A program made the position numbers and the translations under genes. This document shows, one piece after another, positions 41,168 through 50,064 of a DNA stretch of 64,000 nt; within the stretch, counting starts at the first letter, position 1, and every line of letters begins with the position of its first letter. Under the pieces are notes generated by a model. That model was given only the letters and a program-made list of their open reading frames with translations. It was not told the DNA's origin and did no database searches. The stretch lies in IMG/VR virus record IMGVR_UViG_3300037457_000038, positions 32,001 through 96,000 of that record; one strand, written 5' to 3'. This DNA is from a virus.

Positions 41168-41985
41168 TGAGCCACATGAAAATCGCAGTCACCGGGGGCT
41201 CCGGCTTTCTCGGACAGGCCACCATCCGCGCCGCCGAGAACGCCGGACATGAGGCGTGGGCGTTCGACCGCACCCAAGACCTCGACATCCTCGGCAGCCT
41301 CGACGCACTCGACGGCGCCGACACAGTGATTCACCTGGCTGGGATGCTCGGCACGTCCGAACTGTTCGACACCCCAGAGCAGGCGGTCGACGTCAACATC
41401 AAGGGCGCCTTGCGGATCCTGCAATGGTGCCGCGCCCATAACGCCGCCTACGTAGGCATCACGATGCCCGACGTGTACCCGTCCGTGTACACGGCGACGA
41501 AGATCTGTGCGCAACGCCTGGCTACGGCGTGGCATCTGGCGTACGGGGTGCCCGTGAGCCATGTCCGTGCGTTCAACGCGTACGGGCCCGGGAGCAGCGT
41601 CAACGCGCCCGGATATCCGAAGAAGATCGTGCCGACGTTTGCGCGTGCGGCATGGTCTGGGAAGCCAATCCCGGTGATGGGTGATGGCAAGCAGATCGTT
41701 GACCTGATCCACACTGATGACATTGCCCGGATGCTGCTCGACGCCACCAGGCACGGCGACGACGCCATGTTCGAAGCCGGGACCGGGCAGTCCGTCACGG
41801 TCCATGAGGTGGCCGAACGGATCCTCGATGTCACGGGTAGTACGGCCGGGATTGAGTACATGCCCATGCGTCGTGGTGAAACGTCCACGCAGGTCGTGGC
41901 GACTGGTGAGGGCTGGGAACGGTTGGACTGGCGGCCGCGCATGGATTGGGACCGGTTTGCGGAGGCCGTGAGGTCGTACCGGTGA
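41167..41985 (+). CDS. NAD-dependent nucleotide-sugar epimerase/dehydratase
   Basis: TGGSGFLG, VIHLAG, YTATK, FNAYGPG, GDGKQIVDLIH. Confidence 0.9.
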   Translation: MSHMKIAVTGGSGFLGQATIRAAENAGHEAWAFDRTQDLDILGSLDALDGADTVIHLAGMLGTSELFDTPEQAVDVNIKGALRILQWCRAHNAAYVGITMPDVYPSVYTATKICAQRLATAWHLAYGVPVSHVRAFNAYGPGSSVNAPGYPKKIVPTFARAAWSGKPIPVMGDGKQIVDLIHTDDIARMLLDATRHGDDAMFEAGTGQSVTVHEVAERILDVTGSTAGIEYMPMRRGETSTQVVATGEGWERLDWRPRMDWDRFAEAVRSYR

Positions 41986-42494
41986 CGGAGCGGATTTCGG
42001 CTGATGCGTGGGAGCAGCACAAGGGGCACGTAGCCCGCTACTACTACGCTTCGCAGCACGTGCGTGCGGGCGAGACGGTGAACGACATCGCGTGCGGGGT
42101 CGGCTACGGCTCCGGGTTCTTTCTGCAAGGCCTGTACCGCGGTTACGACCGGCCCGGCGCGCCCGACCTGAGGTTCCCCGGTTCCTTCCACGCGGCGGAC
42201 TTGGATGATCCGGGGTGGGATCCGGCAGCAGCTGATGTGACGGTGTGCTTCGAGACGCTGGAGCATGTGAAGGATCCGGCCCGGCTGGCGCGGGTGATTG
42301 CCCGTACGACACACAGGTTGATCGTGGTGTCGGTGCCGGTGGTGCCGACCAAGCACATCAACCCGTACCACTTGCACGACTTCACCGCCGAGGAGATCCC
42401 ACCGCTGTTCGGCGGGTTCCGTGTGGCGGATGAGTGGCCGCAGCCAGAGGAGTTGGCTCACGTGTGGCTGTTCGAACGGAGTGGCGATGCCTGA
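41982..42494 (+). CDS. Class I SAM-dependent methyltransferase
   Basis: DIACGVGYG, CFETLEHV, NPYHLHDF. Confidence 0.85.
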   Translation: MTERISADAWEQHKGHVARYYYASQHVRAGETVNDIACGVGYGSGFFLQGLYRGYDRPGAPDLRFPGSFHAADLDDPGWDPAAADVTVCFETLEHVKDPARLARVIARTTHRLIVVSVPVVPTKHINPYHLHDFTAEEIPPLFGGFRVADEWPQPEELAHVWLFERSGDA

Positions 42495-43143
42495 CGTTGC
42501 GATCATCACTGCGGTCTATGACGCTTTCGACACGGTCAAGCCTGTCCTGCCGCAGACCGGCGCCGATGTGGAGTGGGTCCTCGTCACCGACACCGTGCCG
42601 GATGCGGAGGCCGCGCAAGGCTGGACGGTTGTGCATGAGCCACGCCCCGATGTGCCGCCGGTGCGTGCGGCGAAGCGGCCGAAGTTCGAGCCGTGGAAGT
42701 ACACGGACGCACCCGCGAGTATCTGGATCGACGCCTCGTTCCGTGTCGTCTCGCCTCGGTTCGCGGGCGAGGCCATGGAGTACGCGAAGCCGATCGCCCA
42801 GTTCGAGCATCCTTGGCGGTCGTGCCTGTACGACGAGGCGACCGAGATCGCTGCGCTCGGGAAAGACCCCGATGGCGCCGCCGCCTGGCAGGTGAAGCGT
42901 TACCGGGAGGCTGGTCACCCGGAGGGGTGGGGCCTGTGGGCGGCTGGCGTCATCGCGCGTCGGCATACGGCAGCCGTTCGGCGGATGGGTGCGGCGTGGG
43001 CGCGGGAGGTGGCGGGCGGTTCGGCGCGGGATCAGGTGTCGCAGCCGCACGTGCTGCGCAAGACACGGCTGCGCCCGGTCGACCTGCCTGGGACGCATCT
43101 GGCGAACCAGTGGCTGAAGTACGAGGGGAGCGGAAGGCATTGA
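42487..43143 (+). CDS. Glycosyltransferase-like protein (DUF616-like)
   Basis: IITAVYDAFD, VLVTD, SIWIDAS, HPWRSCLYDEA, RDQVS. Confidence 0.75.
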   Translation: MPDVAIITAVYDAFDTVKPVLPQTGADVEWVLVTDTVPDAEAAQGWTVVHEPRPDVPPVRAAKRPKFEPWKYTDAPASIWIDASFRVVSPRFAGEAMEYAKPIAQFEHPWRSCLYDEATEIAALGKDPDGAAAWQVKRYREAGHPEGWGLWAAGVIARRHTAAVRRMGAAWAREVAGGSARDQVSQPHVLRKTRLRPVDLPGTHLANQWLKYEGSGRH

Positions 43144-43312
43144 CCACACACGAGGCAGCGCAGCGGCTGGTGGCTCTCCTCAACGAACTGGGAGCCGCTG
43201 GCGTTGAGATCGAGGCCGCGATTGGCGGATTGAACCTGAGCACGGACGCCGAACCGTACGGCGCACGCGTAGGCCGCGCGGACGACTCCGGTACCGCTTG
43301 GGAGGTCGAGTG

Positions 43313-43750
43313 ATGAGGCTGGAGATCGGCGGCGGGAAGCTCCTGCCAGCAGGCTGGACCAACCTCGACCCCAACCACGGCACCGGCCCATGGCGGCGCC
43401 TCGCACAAGACACGCCATGGCCCACCGGCGACCACACCGTAGAGGCGATGCGCGCCTCGCACGTCATGGAGCACATCCCCGCCGGAGACCCGCGCATCGC
43501 GGTCCTCAACGAAGCCCACCGCGTCCTCAAGCCCGGGGCCGTGTTCGAGATCCGCGTACCCAACGCCCTGTCCGGAACCTGGCACGCCTACGCCGACCCG
43601 ACGCACGTCTCCTTCTGGTGCGTGGAGTCGTTCCACTACATCGACGGGACGAAGGCCGCGCACGCCGACTACGGACTGAAGCCGTGGAAGACGAGGGAGC
43701 TCCGGATCCAGGGCGACAACGAAATCCTGTGGATAGGAAGCCCGCGGTGA
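43313..43750 (+). CDS. Short class I SAM-dependent methyltransferase
   Basis: LEIGGG, ASHVMEHI, HRVLKPGAVFEIRVP, DPTHVSFW. Confidence 0.85.
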   Translation: MRLEIGGGKLLPAGWTNLDPNHGTGPWRRLAQDTPWPTGDHTVEAMRASHVMEHIPAGDPRIAVLNEAHRVLKPGAVFEIRVPNALSGTWHAYADPTHVSFWCVESFHYIDGTKAAHADYGLKPWKTRELRIQGDNEILWIGSPR

Positions 43751-44100
43751 AGCCGTGCCCCTTCTGTGAGATCGTCGCCGGACGCGCTCCCGCGACCGTC
43801 GTTCACGAGTGGTCCGACGTGATCGCGATCGTGCCGCTGAACCCCGTCGTTGACGGCCACACCCTGGTCATCCCGAAGCGGCACGTCCCCGACTTCGCCA
43901 CCGACCCTGAGGTGTCCGCCGACGCGATGCTCCACGCCGCGCAGCTCATGCGCTGGACCGACCGACCCATGAACCTGATCACCAGCCGAGGACGCGAGGC
44001 CACACAGTCCGTGTTCCATCTCCACCTGCACCTCGTACCCCGCGCAGAGAACGACGGGCTCGCACTGCCCTGGCACAGCGGGAAGGGAACAGCGCGGTGA
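43747..44100 (+). CDS. HIT-family nucleotide hydrolase
   Basis: CPFC, GHTLVIPKRH, QSVFHLHLHLVPR. Confidence 0.92.
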   Translation: MKPCPFCEIVAGRAPATVVHEWSDVIAIVPLNPVVDGHTLVIPKRHVPDFATDPEVSADAMLHAAQLMRWTDRPMNLITSRGREATQSVFHLHLHLVPRAENDGLALPWHSGKGTAR

Positions 44101-44663
44101 CTGAGCCGCTCGTGTCCGTCGTGGTCCCGTACCACGCGGCCCGCAAGCGGAACGGCATGCTGCAACGCGCCGTGGTCTCCGTCCAGAACCAGACGGTGCC
44201 CCACCTGTTGATCACCGTCGAAGACACCCAGGGCCAGGGCGCCGCCGCGACCCGGCAACGCGGCCTCGACCAAGTCACCACACCCTGGGTCGCGTTCCTC
44301 GATTCCGATGACGAACTCGACCCCACCCACCTGGCGCAGCTCCTCGCCTGCGCCACCGAGACCGGCGCGGACTACGTCTACCCGTGGTTCCGCGTACGCG
44401 GCGGCCGCGACCCGTTCCCCATGTTCTTCGGCCGCCCGTGGGACGACGCCCACCCCCACTCCACCACCATCACCATCCTCGTACGCACCACCCTCGCGCA
44501 GCAGGTCGGGTTCGACGGAGTGGGTGAGGATTTCCGGTTCACGAAGGCGTGCGTACGTGAGGGTGCGCGAATCGTGCACCACCCGGCGAGGACGTGGACG
44601 TGGCACCACGGTTCGCACAACTCCAGCGGCCGACCGAACCGAGGCGACGCCCGCCACCGCTGA
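44097..44663 (+). CDS. GT2-family glycosyltransferase
   Basis: VSVVVPY, GAAATRQRG, WVAFLDSDD, GEDF. Confidence 0.88.
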   Translation: MTEPLVSVVVPYHAARKRNGMLQRAVVSVQNQTVPHLLITVEDTQGQGAAATRQRGLDQVTTPWVAFLDSDDELDPTHLAQLLACATETGADYVYPWFRVRGGRDPFPMFFGRPWDDAHPHSTTITILVRTTLAQQVGFDGVGEDFRFTKACVREGARIVHHPARTWTWHHGSHNSSGRPNRGDARHR

Positions 44664-44736
44664 CACCCGTATTCACCGGACCGGGCAACGTATCCTGAGG
44701 CCACACGCGGAGACGCCCACGGACCGGAGACAGCAC

Positions 44737-44958
44737 ATGAAGGTCAAACTGGCGGCCTACCTGGACGGACCCCGATCCCTGGAACGCGAGCTGCCAGACG
44801 ACTGGTGGTCCCGCACCGAGGACCAGCGGAACGAGTGGATCAACCAGTACAAATCAGATCTGGTCGACATGCTGCGCCAGAACACGCTGGCATACGAATG
44901 GGAACCCGGATGGGAAGGCCTGCTGTACGGAGAAGGCCCGGCCGACCTCGACGGCTGA
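44737..44958 (+). CDS. Small hypothetical gene with its own promoter and terminator
   Basis: GGAG RBS; TATCCT -10 upstream; GGCGCCCC/GGGGCGCC hairpin downstream. Confidence 0.55.
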   Translation: MKVKLAAYLDGPRSLERELPDDWWSRTEDQRNEWINQYKSDLVDMLRQNTLAYEWEPGWEGLLYGEGPADLDG

Positions 44959-45114
44959 ACCCGCCGCCTCTGAGTGGCGCCCCTTCGCGCTTCTTCCCGG
45001 GGGCGCCCACGGGTCAATGAGGGAGTCAAAACCCTGGCGCACGGCCAGGATACGAGGCAACGCCCATACCCCGCTCCGGACAGCGCCACCACCCGCAGCA
45101 GCCACAATCCGGTC

Positions 45115-46479
45115 ATGGCATCGGACCGGGCACAGATCGCGCACCGCGCAGCCGCCGCGCTCGCCGCCCGCGCCCAAACACCACACTGGCGCCCCCAGCC
45201 TCATCAGATCCCGCCACCGGGTGACTGGATGGGCTGGCTGCTGATGGCCGGGCGTGGGGCCGGGAAATCGAAAGCGTGCTCCGAGTACGTGCGGCGGCAC
45301 GTTGCAGGTCCGGCGTGTCTGCCTGGACCGGTGCCGCACTGGATTGCCATCGTCGCCCCCACTCTCGGCGACGCTGTCACCTCCATGTACGAAGGACCCG
45401 GCGGCATCCGTAACGCCGACCCCGACGCGCGGCTGGTGCAGGCCCCCGGCGGCACGGTCATCCGCTGGCCCAACGGCTCGCAGGCCAAGATGTTCGGCGC
45501 CCACACCCCTGCGGATGTCGAGCGGCTACGGGCCGGTGGTAACTCGTGCATGGCCGTCCTGGAGGAGTTCGCCGCGTGGCGGTACATGGATGCCACCTAC
45601 GACCAGCTCCGGTTCGGCCTGCGCTCGGGTTCGAGGCCGCACTGGATCGCAGCGACCACACCTCGGCCTCGGCCGCTGCTGAAGCGCATGCTCGCAGGCG
45701 AGCTGCCGGGCATCGTCCACACGCACGCCACGATGTACGACAACCCGCACCTTGAGGAGTCCGTCAAGGGCGCGCTGGAAGACGCGTACGCGGGAACCGA
45801 CATCGGCGCGCAGGAGCTTCAAGGACGGCTGATCGACGAGGTTGCCGCAGCGCTCTGGACGCGGGCCATGCTCGAAGCCTCCCGCGTGCGGCCCGACGAG
45901 GTACCCGAGTTGAAGCGCATTTGTGTCGGCGTGGACCCGTCGGGCGGGGCTGGGGAACAGGGCATTGTCGTAGTGGGGAAGTCGGGTCTGGTGCTTCCCG
46001 GTGACGGCGGCCGCCCGCAGCACCACGGCTACGTCCTCGATGACCGTTCATGCCGTCTGTCCCCGGATCAGTGGGGGCGGCGCGCGGTGCAGGCCGCGAT
46101 CGACTGGGACGCAGACGAGTTGATCGCTGAGGTTAATTTCGGGGGGGCGATGTGTGTGGCGACGCTGCGCACGGCGTCCGAGGCCCTCGGAGTGGATATC
46201 CCGATCCGTACGACGACCTCTTCGCGGGGGAAGCAGGTGCGGGCGCAGCCGGTTGCTGCGCTGACGGCTCAGGGGCGTTGGCATATGGCGGGGGTGTTCC
46301 CGGAGCTGGAGGATCAGCTCGCGACTTGGTATGCAGAGCTCGGCTGGTCACCGGATCGTTTGGACGCCATGGTGTTCCCGGCCTGGCATATGAAGCTGGT
46401 AGGCGCGCTGGTGAAGGGTCAGGGTTCGTTGGGTGGGGAGTTGGCCAGAAAGCAGATCGCCGGTGGCCGCATACGCTGA
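45115..46479 (+). CDS. terL: Terminase large subunit
   Basis: PHQ..MAGRGAGKS, VLEE, ATTP, DNPHL, GVDPS, SPDRLDAM. Confidence 0.92.
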   Translation: MASDRAQIAHRAAAALAARAQTPHWRPQPHQIPPPGDWMGWLLMAGRGAGKSKACSEYVRRHVAGPACLPGPVPHWIAIVAPTLGDAVTSMYEGPGGIRNADPDARLVQAPGGTVIRWPNGSQAKMFGAHTPADVERLRAGGNSCMAVLEEFAAWRYMDATYDQLRFGLRSGSRPHWIAATTPRPRPLLKRMLAGELPGIVHTHATMYDNPHLEESVKGALEDAYAGTDIGAQELQGRLIDEVAAALWTRAMLEASRVRPDEVPELKRICVGVDPSGGAGEQGIVVVGKSGLVLPGDGGRPQHHGYVLDDRSCRLSPDQWGRRAVQAAIDWDADELIAEVNFGGAMCVATLRTASEALGVDIPIRTTTSSRGKQVRAQPVAALTAQGRWHMAGVFPELEDQLATWYAELGWSPDRLDAMVFPAWHMKLVGALVKGQGSLGGELARKQIAGGRIR

Positions 46480-46484
46480 CCGGC

Positions 46485-47162
46485 ATGAGTGGTGTCGTGA
46501 TCAGCTATGTCCACCCCGGGTGGGTGACCCATACGTTCATGCAGTCGCTGCTCCTCGTGCTGGACCACGACCGCAAGTCCGAGCACCCCGCAGTAGGCGG
46601 TCTGATGCCGGTGCAGTTCCGGCCAGCCGGAATCACCGAGGCGCGCAACGACGCCGTGGACGCGTTCCTGGCGGGCGACGGTGAGTGGCTGTGGTTCGTG
46701 GACACCGACATGGGCTTCCGCCCGGACGCCCTGCAACGTCTACTCGCGGCGGCTGACCCCAGCGAGCGGCCTGTGGTGGGCGCGTTGTGCTACGCGGCGC
46801 TGGCGGAAGCCCCGGACGGCATGGGCGGCTACGTGACGCGGGTGGTGCCGACGCTGTACGGCTGGGCGCAGGACGCGAAGGTGTTCACGGAGTGGGAGGG
46901 GCCGGTTCCTTCGGGGCTGTTGCGTGTGGCGGGTACGGGCGCGGCGTGTCTTCTGGTGCACCGTTCGGCGCTGGAACGCGTCGATGATGGGGCGTGGTTT
47001 GATCCGATCATCGACGGTACGGGGGCACGGGTGAGCGAGGACCTGTCGTTCTGTTGGCGCCTGATGGGCGCTGGAGTCCCTGTGCATGTGGACACCAGGG
47101 TTCCGACGAATCACCAAAAGCAGTTCTGGATCAACGGGAGTTCTCATGGCGTTTCCGACTAG
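46485..47162 (+). CDS. GT-A fold glycosyltransferase
   Basis: ARN, WLWFVDTDMGF, GTGAACLLVHR, SEDLSFC. Confidence 0.82.
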   Translation: MSGVVISYVHPGWVTHTFMQSLLLVLDHDRKSEHPAVGGLMPVQFRPAGITEARNDAVDAFLAGDGEWLWFVDTDMGFRPDALQRLLAAADPSERPVVGALCYAALAEAPDGMGGYVTRVVPTLYGWAQDAKVFTEWEGPVPSGLLRVAGTGAACLLVHRSALERVDDGAWFDPIIDGTGARVSEDLSFCWRLMGAGVPVHVDTRVPTNHQKQFWINGSSHGVSD

Positions 47163-47391
47163 CGGCTACAACGTGCAGGCCGTCAAGTACTTCGTTCACA
47201 GCACGGCAGGGGTGTCGTTGACGATCAACGGCGCCGTCCTTACCGGAGAGAACGACGCGGAGATGGAGGAGTTGGTGACGTACCTGGACAGTGCGCTGGC
47301 GTCGTTCAAGTCCTCGTACAACAGCGGCACCGCGTACACGGCGTCAGTGAACAAGTCGTTCCAGGGTGAGACGACTCCGGCGGCTCTGTGA
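47146..47391 (+). CDS. Hypothetical protein
   Basis: GGGAG RBS; coupled to next gene. Confidence 0.55.
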   Translation: MAFPTSGYNVQAVKYFVHSTAGVSLTINGAVLTGENDAEMEELVTYLDSALASFKSSYNSGTAYTASVNKSFQGETTPAAL

Positions 47392-47822
47392 TGGACCTGT
47401 GGTTGCTGCTGGTTGTGATGTCGCTGGCCGTGTACCGGGGTACGCGGCTCGTTGTCGAAGACACCTTCCCGCCGGTGCTGTGGCTGCGTGACCGGCTGGC
47501 TGGTGGGTGGCGGGAGCTCACACAGGGGGAGTTCAAGGACCACCCAGTTCCGCCGCTCGATGATGACGCCGATCTGGTGGATGTTGCTGGGCTCGGCAGT
47601 GTGACGTCGATCGATGGTCGGATGCATCGGTACATCGAGCGTGCCCGGTGGTCGCCTCAGTGGCTGGGCGAGTTGGTGTCGTGCCCTTGGTGTGCGTCTG
47701 GCTGGGTGGCGGCCGGTGTGACGGCCGGAACCTGGGCGGTGGTGGGGTTGCCGGTGCCGCTGTTGGTGTGGGGCGCGGTGTGGGCGGTCGGGGCTCTGCT
47801 GGCTGCGCAGGACTGGGCGTAG
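47391..47822 (+). CDS. DUF1360-like membrane protein
   Basis: LAVYRGTRLVVED..WLGELVSCPWCASGW. Confidence 0.75.
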   Translation: MDLWLLLVVMSLAVYRGTRLVVEDTFPPVLWLRDRLAGGWRELTQGEFKDHPVPPLDDDADLVDVAGLGSVTSIDGRMHRYIERARWSPQWLGELVSCPWCASGWVAAGVTAGTWAVVGLPVPLLVWGAVWAVGALLAAQDWA

Positions 47823-47852
47823 GTTCACCGGCCCGGTCAATAGAATGGCCGC

Positions 47853-48486
47853 ATGGAACCTGATGCCGTAGACCCCCTGACCGAAGCAGCGCAGTTGAAC
47901 GACTACCGGTTCGGCAGAGATGGGGGATGCCCTGCGTGCTGGGAACACGAAGTACTGGAATCGGACGCTCAGATCATCGCGCATCTCATGGCGGATCACA
48001 CGGCGGAGGAGTTGGCGTGGGCGCTGCTCTCGGAATCTGCTGTGGTGTTCCGGCTCCACGACTACATCATCTACCGGCACGATCTCGGGAAGAGCGGCCC
48101 GGTGCCGTACAACGTTTCCGAGGTGTCGCCCGAGGTGGATGCTGAGACTGATGCGGTGCAGGCGTCGGTGGCAGCGACAGCGAAGCGTCAGATGCCGCCG
48201 CATGTGACACGCAAGCTGGGCATGTGATCGTGGCGCAGGAGTGGGCATGATCGTACTAGGTGTCGCTCTCTGTGCCCTACTGGGTGCAGTATTTGCAAAC
48301 CTGTTTGTGAAGCACTCAAACGTACCTATCTGGGTGCGGCTTCTCTACCCGCTTACACTAGCTGGGGCTGTGATTCTGGGAGATGTGTTCTTCCCATGGG
48401 ATAGGCCTTTCGGTTCAGTAGCGGGAGCGGTTGTCGCTGTTGTTTCTGCATGTATCACGGGGGCGTGTCTCGAAAGGCGTTCCTAG
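47853..48486 (+). CDS. Two moron genes: 47853-48227 hypothetical; 48247-48486 lower-GC 3-TM protein
   Basis: TAGAAT 6 nt before ATG 47853; second gene visibly AT-richer. Confidence 0.55.
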
Positions 48487-48778
48487 GGGTGGCGGTGCCG
48501 CTGCTGGTGTGGGCGTAGCGTCGGCTGCGCGTCTACGATGGGTGTCACGGGTCGCTGGGTGTGGCTCTTGATGGTGCTGGCTCCAGCCGGTGTTGGGTTA
48601 CGAGCGGTCCTCTGTTGGCGCAGGGGACCGCATCTCTTTGCCCACATGCCGCCCGGAGTGGGCGTAGACTCTGCCGCGAGGTCATGCACCGTCCGGCCCA
48701 TTCCGGTGCTGGTCAGCGAAGCCGCCCGCGTCTGTCGATCTACGTCGATGGTGCGGGCGGCTTCCTCACGTCCGGGGT

Positions 48779-49348
48779 TCAAGCCACGGCACGAAGGGCC
48801 TGGCGCAGGCGCGAAGCCCCGAAGGTCTGATCGAAGCTGCGGCAGTACTCGGCGTTGATCGCGTAGTACGCGCCGCCCGAACCGACCGGGGAATGACCCT
48901 CCAACTTCCCCCGCTCGAAGACGTCGTGAGGGGTGGAGACCTCGAACCCGTCGAAGACGTAGTAGATCGGCAGGAGCCCGAGCGCGTGCAGGGTCATCTG
49001 GTAGCGAACGCAGTCTCGGTTGACGAAGCGCCTGCGCCTCTCGTAGTTGGCGGGTCCGGATTCCATGGCCGCCTTGGCATCGATGTAGACGACGTCCAGC
49101 CCGCGTACTGCGATGAAGTCGGGCATCCAGCGCAGGGGGCTCTCCGTGCGCCCGAGCGCTTCGGTGATCTCTGAACGGAAGGTCTCGATGCCGGTGCTGT
49201 CGACTGACCACCCATCCTTGGTGAGGCGGTCGGCTACGCGCTGCTCGTGCGGGGTGCTGACCGCCTTGCGCTGGGGGAAAGTGGTCCGCTTGGTCTTGGG
49301 TCGGCCATCCGTGACTACGAGCTTCAGTTGCTCGGGAGGTGTACTCAT
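48779..49348 (-). CDS. PD-(D/E)XK nuclease-like protein
   Basis: HEQRV..RWMPDFIAV..VYIDAK. Confidence 0.7.
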   Translation of the reverse strand: MSTPPEQLKLVVTDGRPKTKRTTFPQRKAVSTPHEQRVADRLTKDGWSVDSTGIETFRSEITEALGRTESPLRWMPDFIAVRGLDVVYIDAKAAMESGPANYERRRRFVNRDCVRYQMTLHALGLLPIYYVFDGFEVSTPHDVFERGKLEGHSPVGSGGAYYAINAEYCRSFDQTFGASRLRQALRAVA

Positions 49349-49489
49349 AGGCAGGAGTGTGCACGAAGCGGTGACGCGCGTTTTCCGGAGCGCGCGACGG
49401 AAGATCGATCCGCACCGTTGGTCTGCGTTGGTCTGCGTTGGTGGTGATCGACTGCGACCTTCTGCGTTGTCATCAGTCCACGCAAAGCT

Positions 49490-49696
49490 TTACTCGGTCT
49501 TTGCCTTCTCTGAGTCAGGACGCTGTTCAAGGAGCAAGAAGATCTCATCGAAGTGAGCTCGTGTGAAGCGGTAGGCGCCCCCGACTTTCATGAACGGGAA
49601 CACCCGCTCGCGGCATTGCTTCTTCACCCACCACGCGGAACAGCCGAGCGCGTGCGCGACGTCCTCAGGCGTGTAGACGGGCAGAGCGGGGTCCAT
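49490..49696 (-). CDS. Excisionase-like HTH DNA-binding protein
   Basis: VYTPEDVAHALGCSAWWVKKQCRERVFPFMKVGGAYRF; AAGGAG RBS. Confidence 0.8.
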   Translation of the reverse strand: MDPALPVYTPEDVAHALGCSAWWVKKQCRERVFPFMKVGGAYRFTRAHFDEIFLLLEQRPDSEKAKTE

Positions 49697-49799
49697 GAGG
49701 CTCCTTATGGTGGTTGAGCTGGGGCAGCCCATGGTGCCTTCGGGGAACGCCGTACGCTTCCGGAGTTTTGGATGATCCCGGTCGGTCCTAGGAGGTCTG

Positions 49800-50006
49800 G
49801 TGATAGTCACCGTCAACGTTGCGGTCCTGCTGGCCGTCGTCATCATTCTGCGGACGCGTCGGCGTACGCAGGCAAGGAGCCGGGGCGATGAGGTACTCAC
49901 CGTGCTGCTCGTTCTGGTCTTCGGTGTGCTGATCGCCCCGACCGCGTTCGGTCAGGCAATCCTCGGCGCAGTGGTCCATGCGTTAGAGCAACTCACTCCG
50001 GAATGA
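49800..50006 (+). CDS. Small two-TM membrane protein
   Basis: GGAGG RBS; two hydrophobic segments. Confidence 0.6.
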   Translation: MIVTVNVAVLLAVVIILRTRRRTQARSRGDEVLTVLLVLVFGVLIAPTAFGQAILGAVVHALEQLTPE

Positions 50007-50030
50007 TCTTGCCGCCCCTGCTTTTAACCT
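49998..50030 (+). promoter_or_regulatory. Late-promoter motif copy 2 (portal)
   Basis: CCGGAATGATCTT-N14-TAACCT. Confidence 0.75.
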
Positions 50031-50064
50031 CCCCTCGCAGACCGCGAACAGGGAGCCGAAGCCC

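Noticed and set aside
39367-49348. Type II restriction-modification pair (MTase 39367 with nuclease 48779)
   Set aside because: About 9 kb apart, opposite strands and different transcription units; no evidence of pairing
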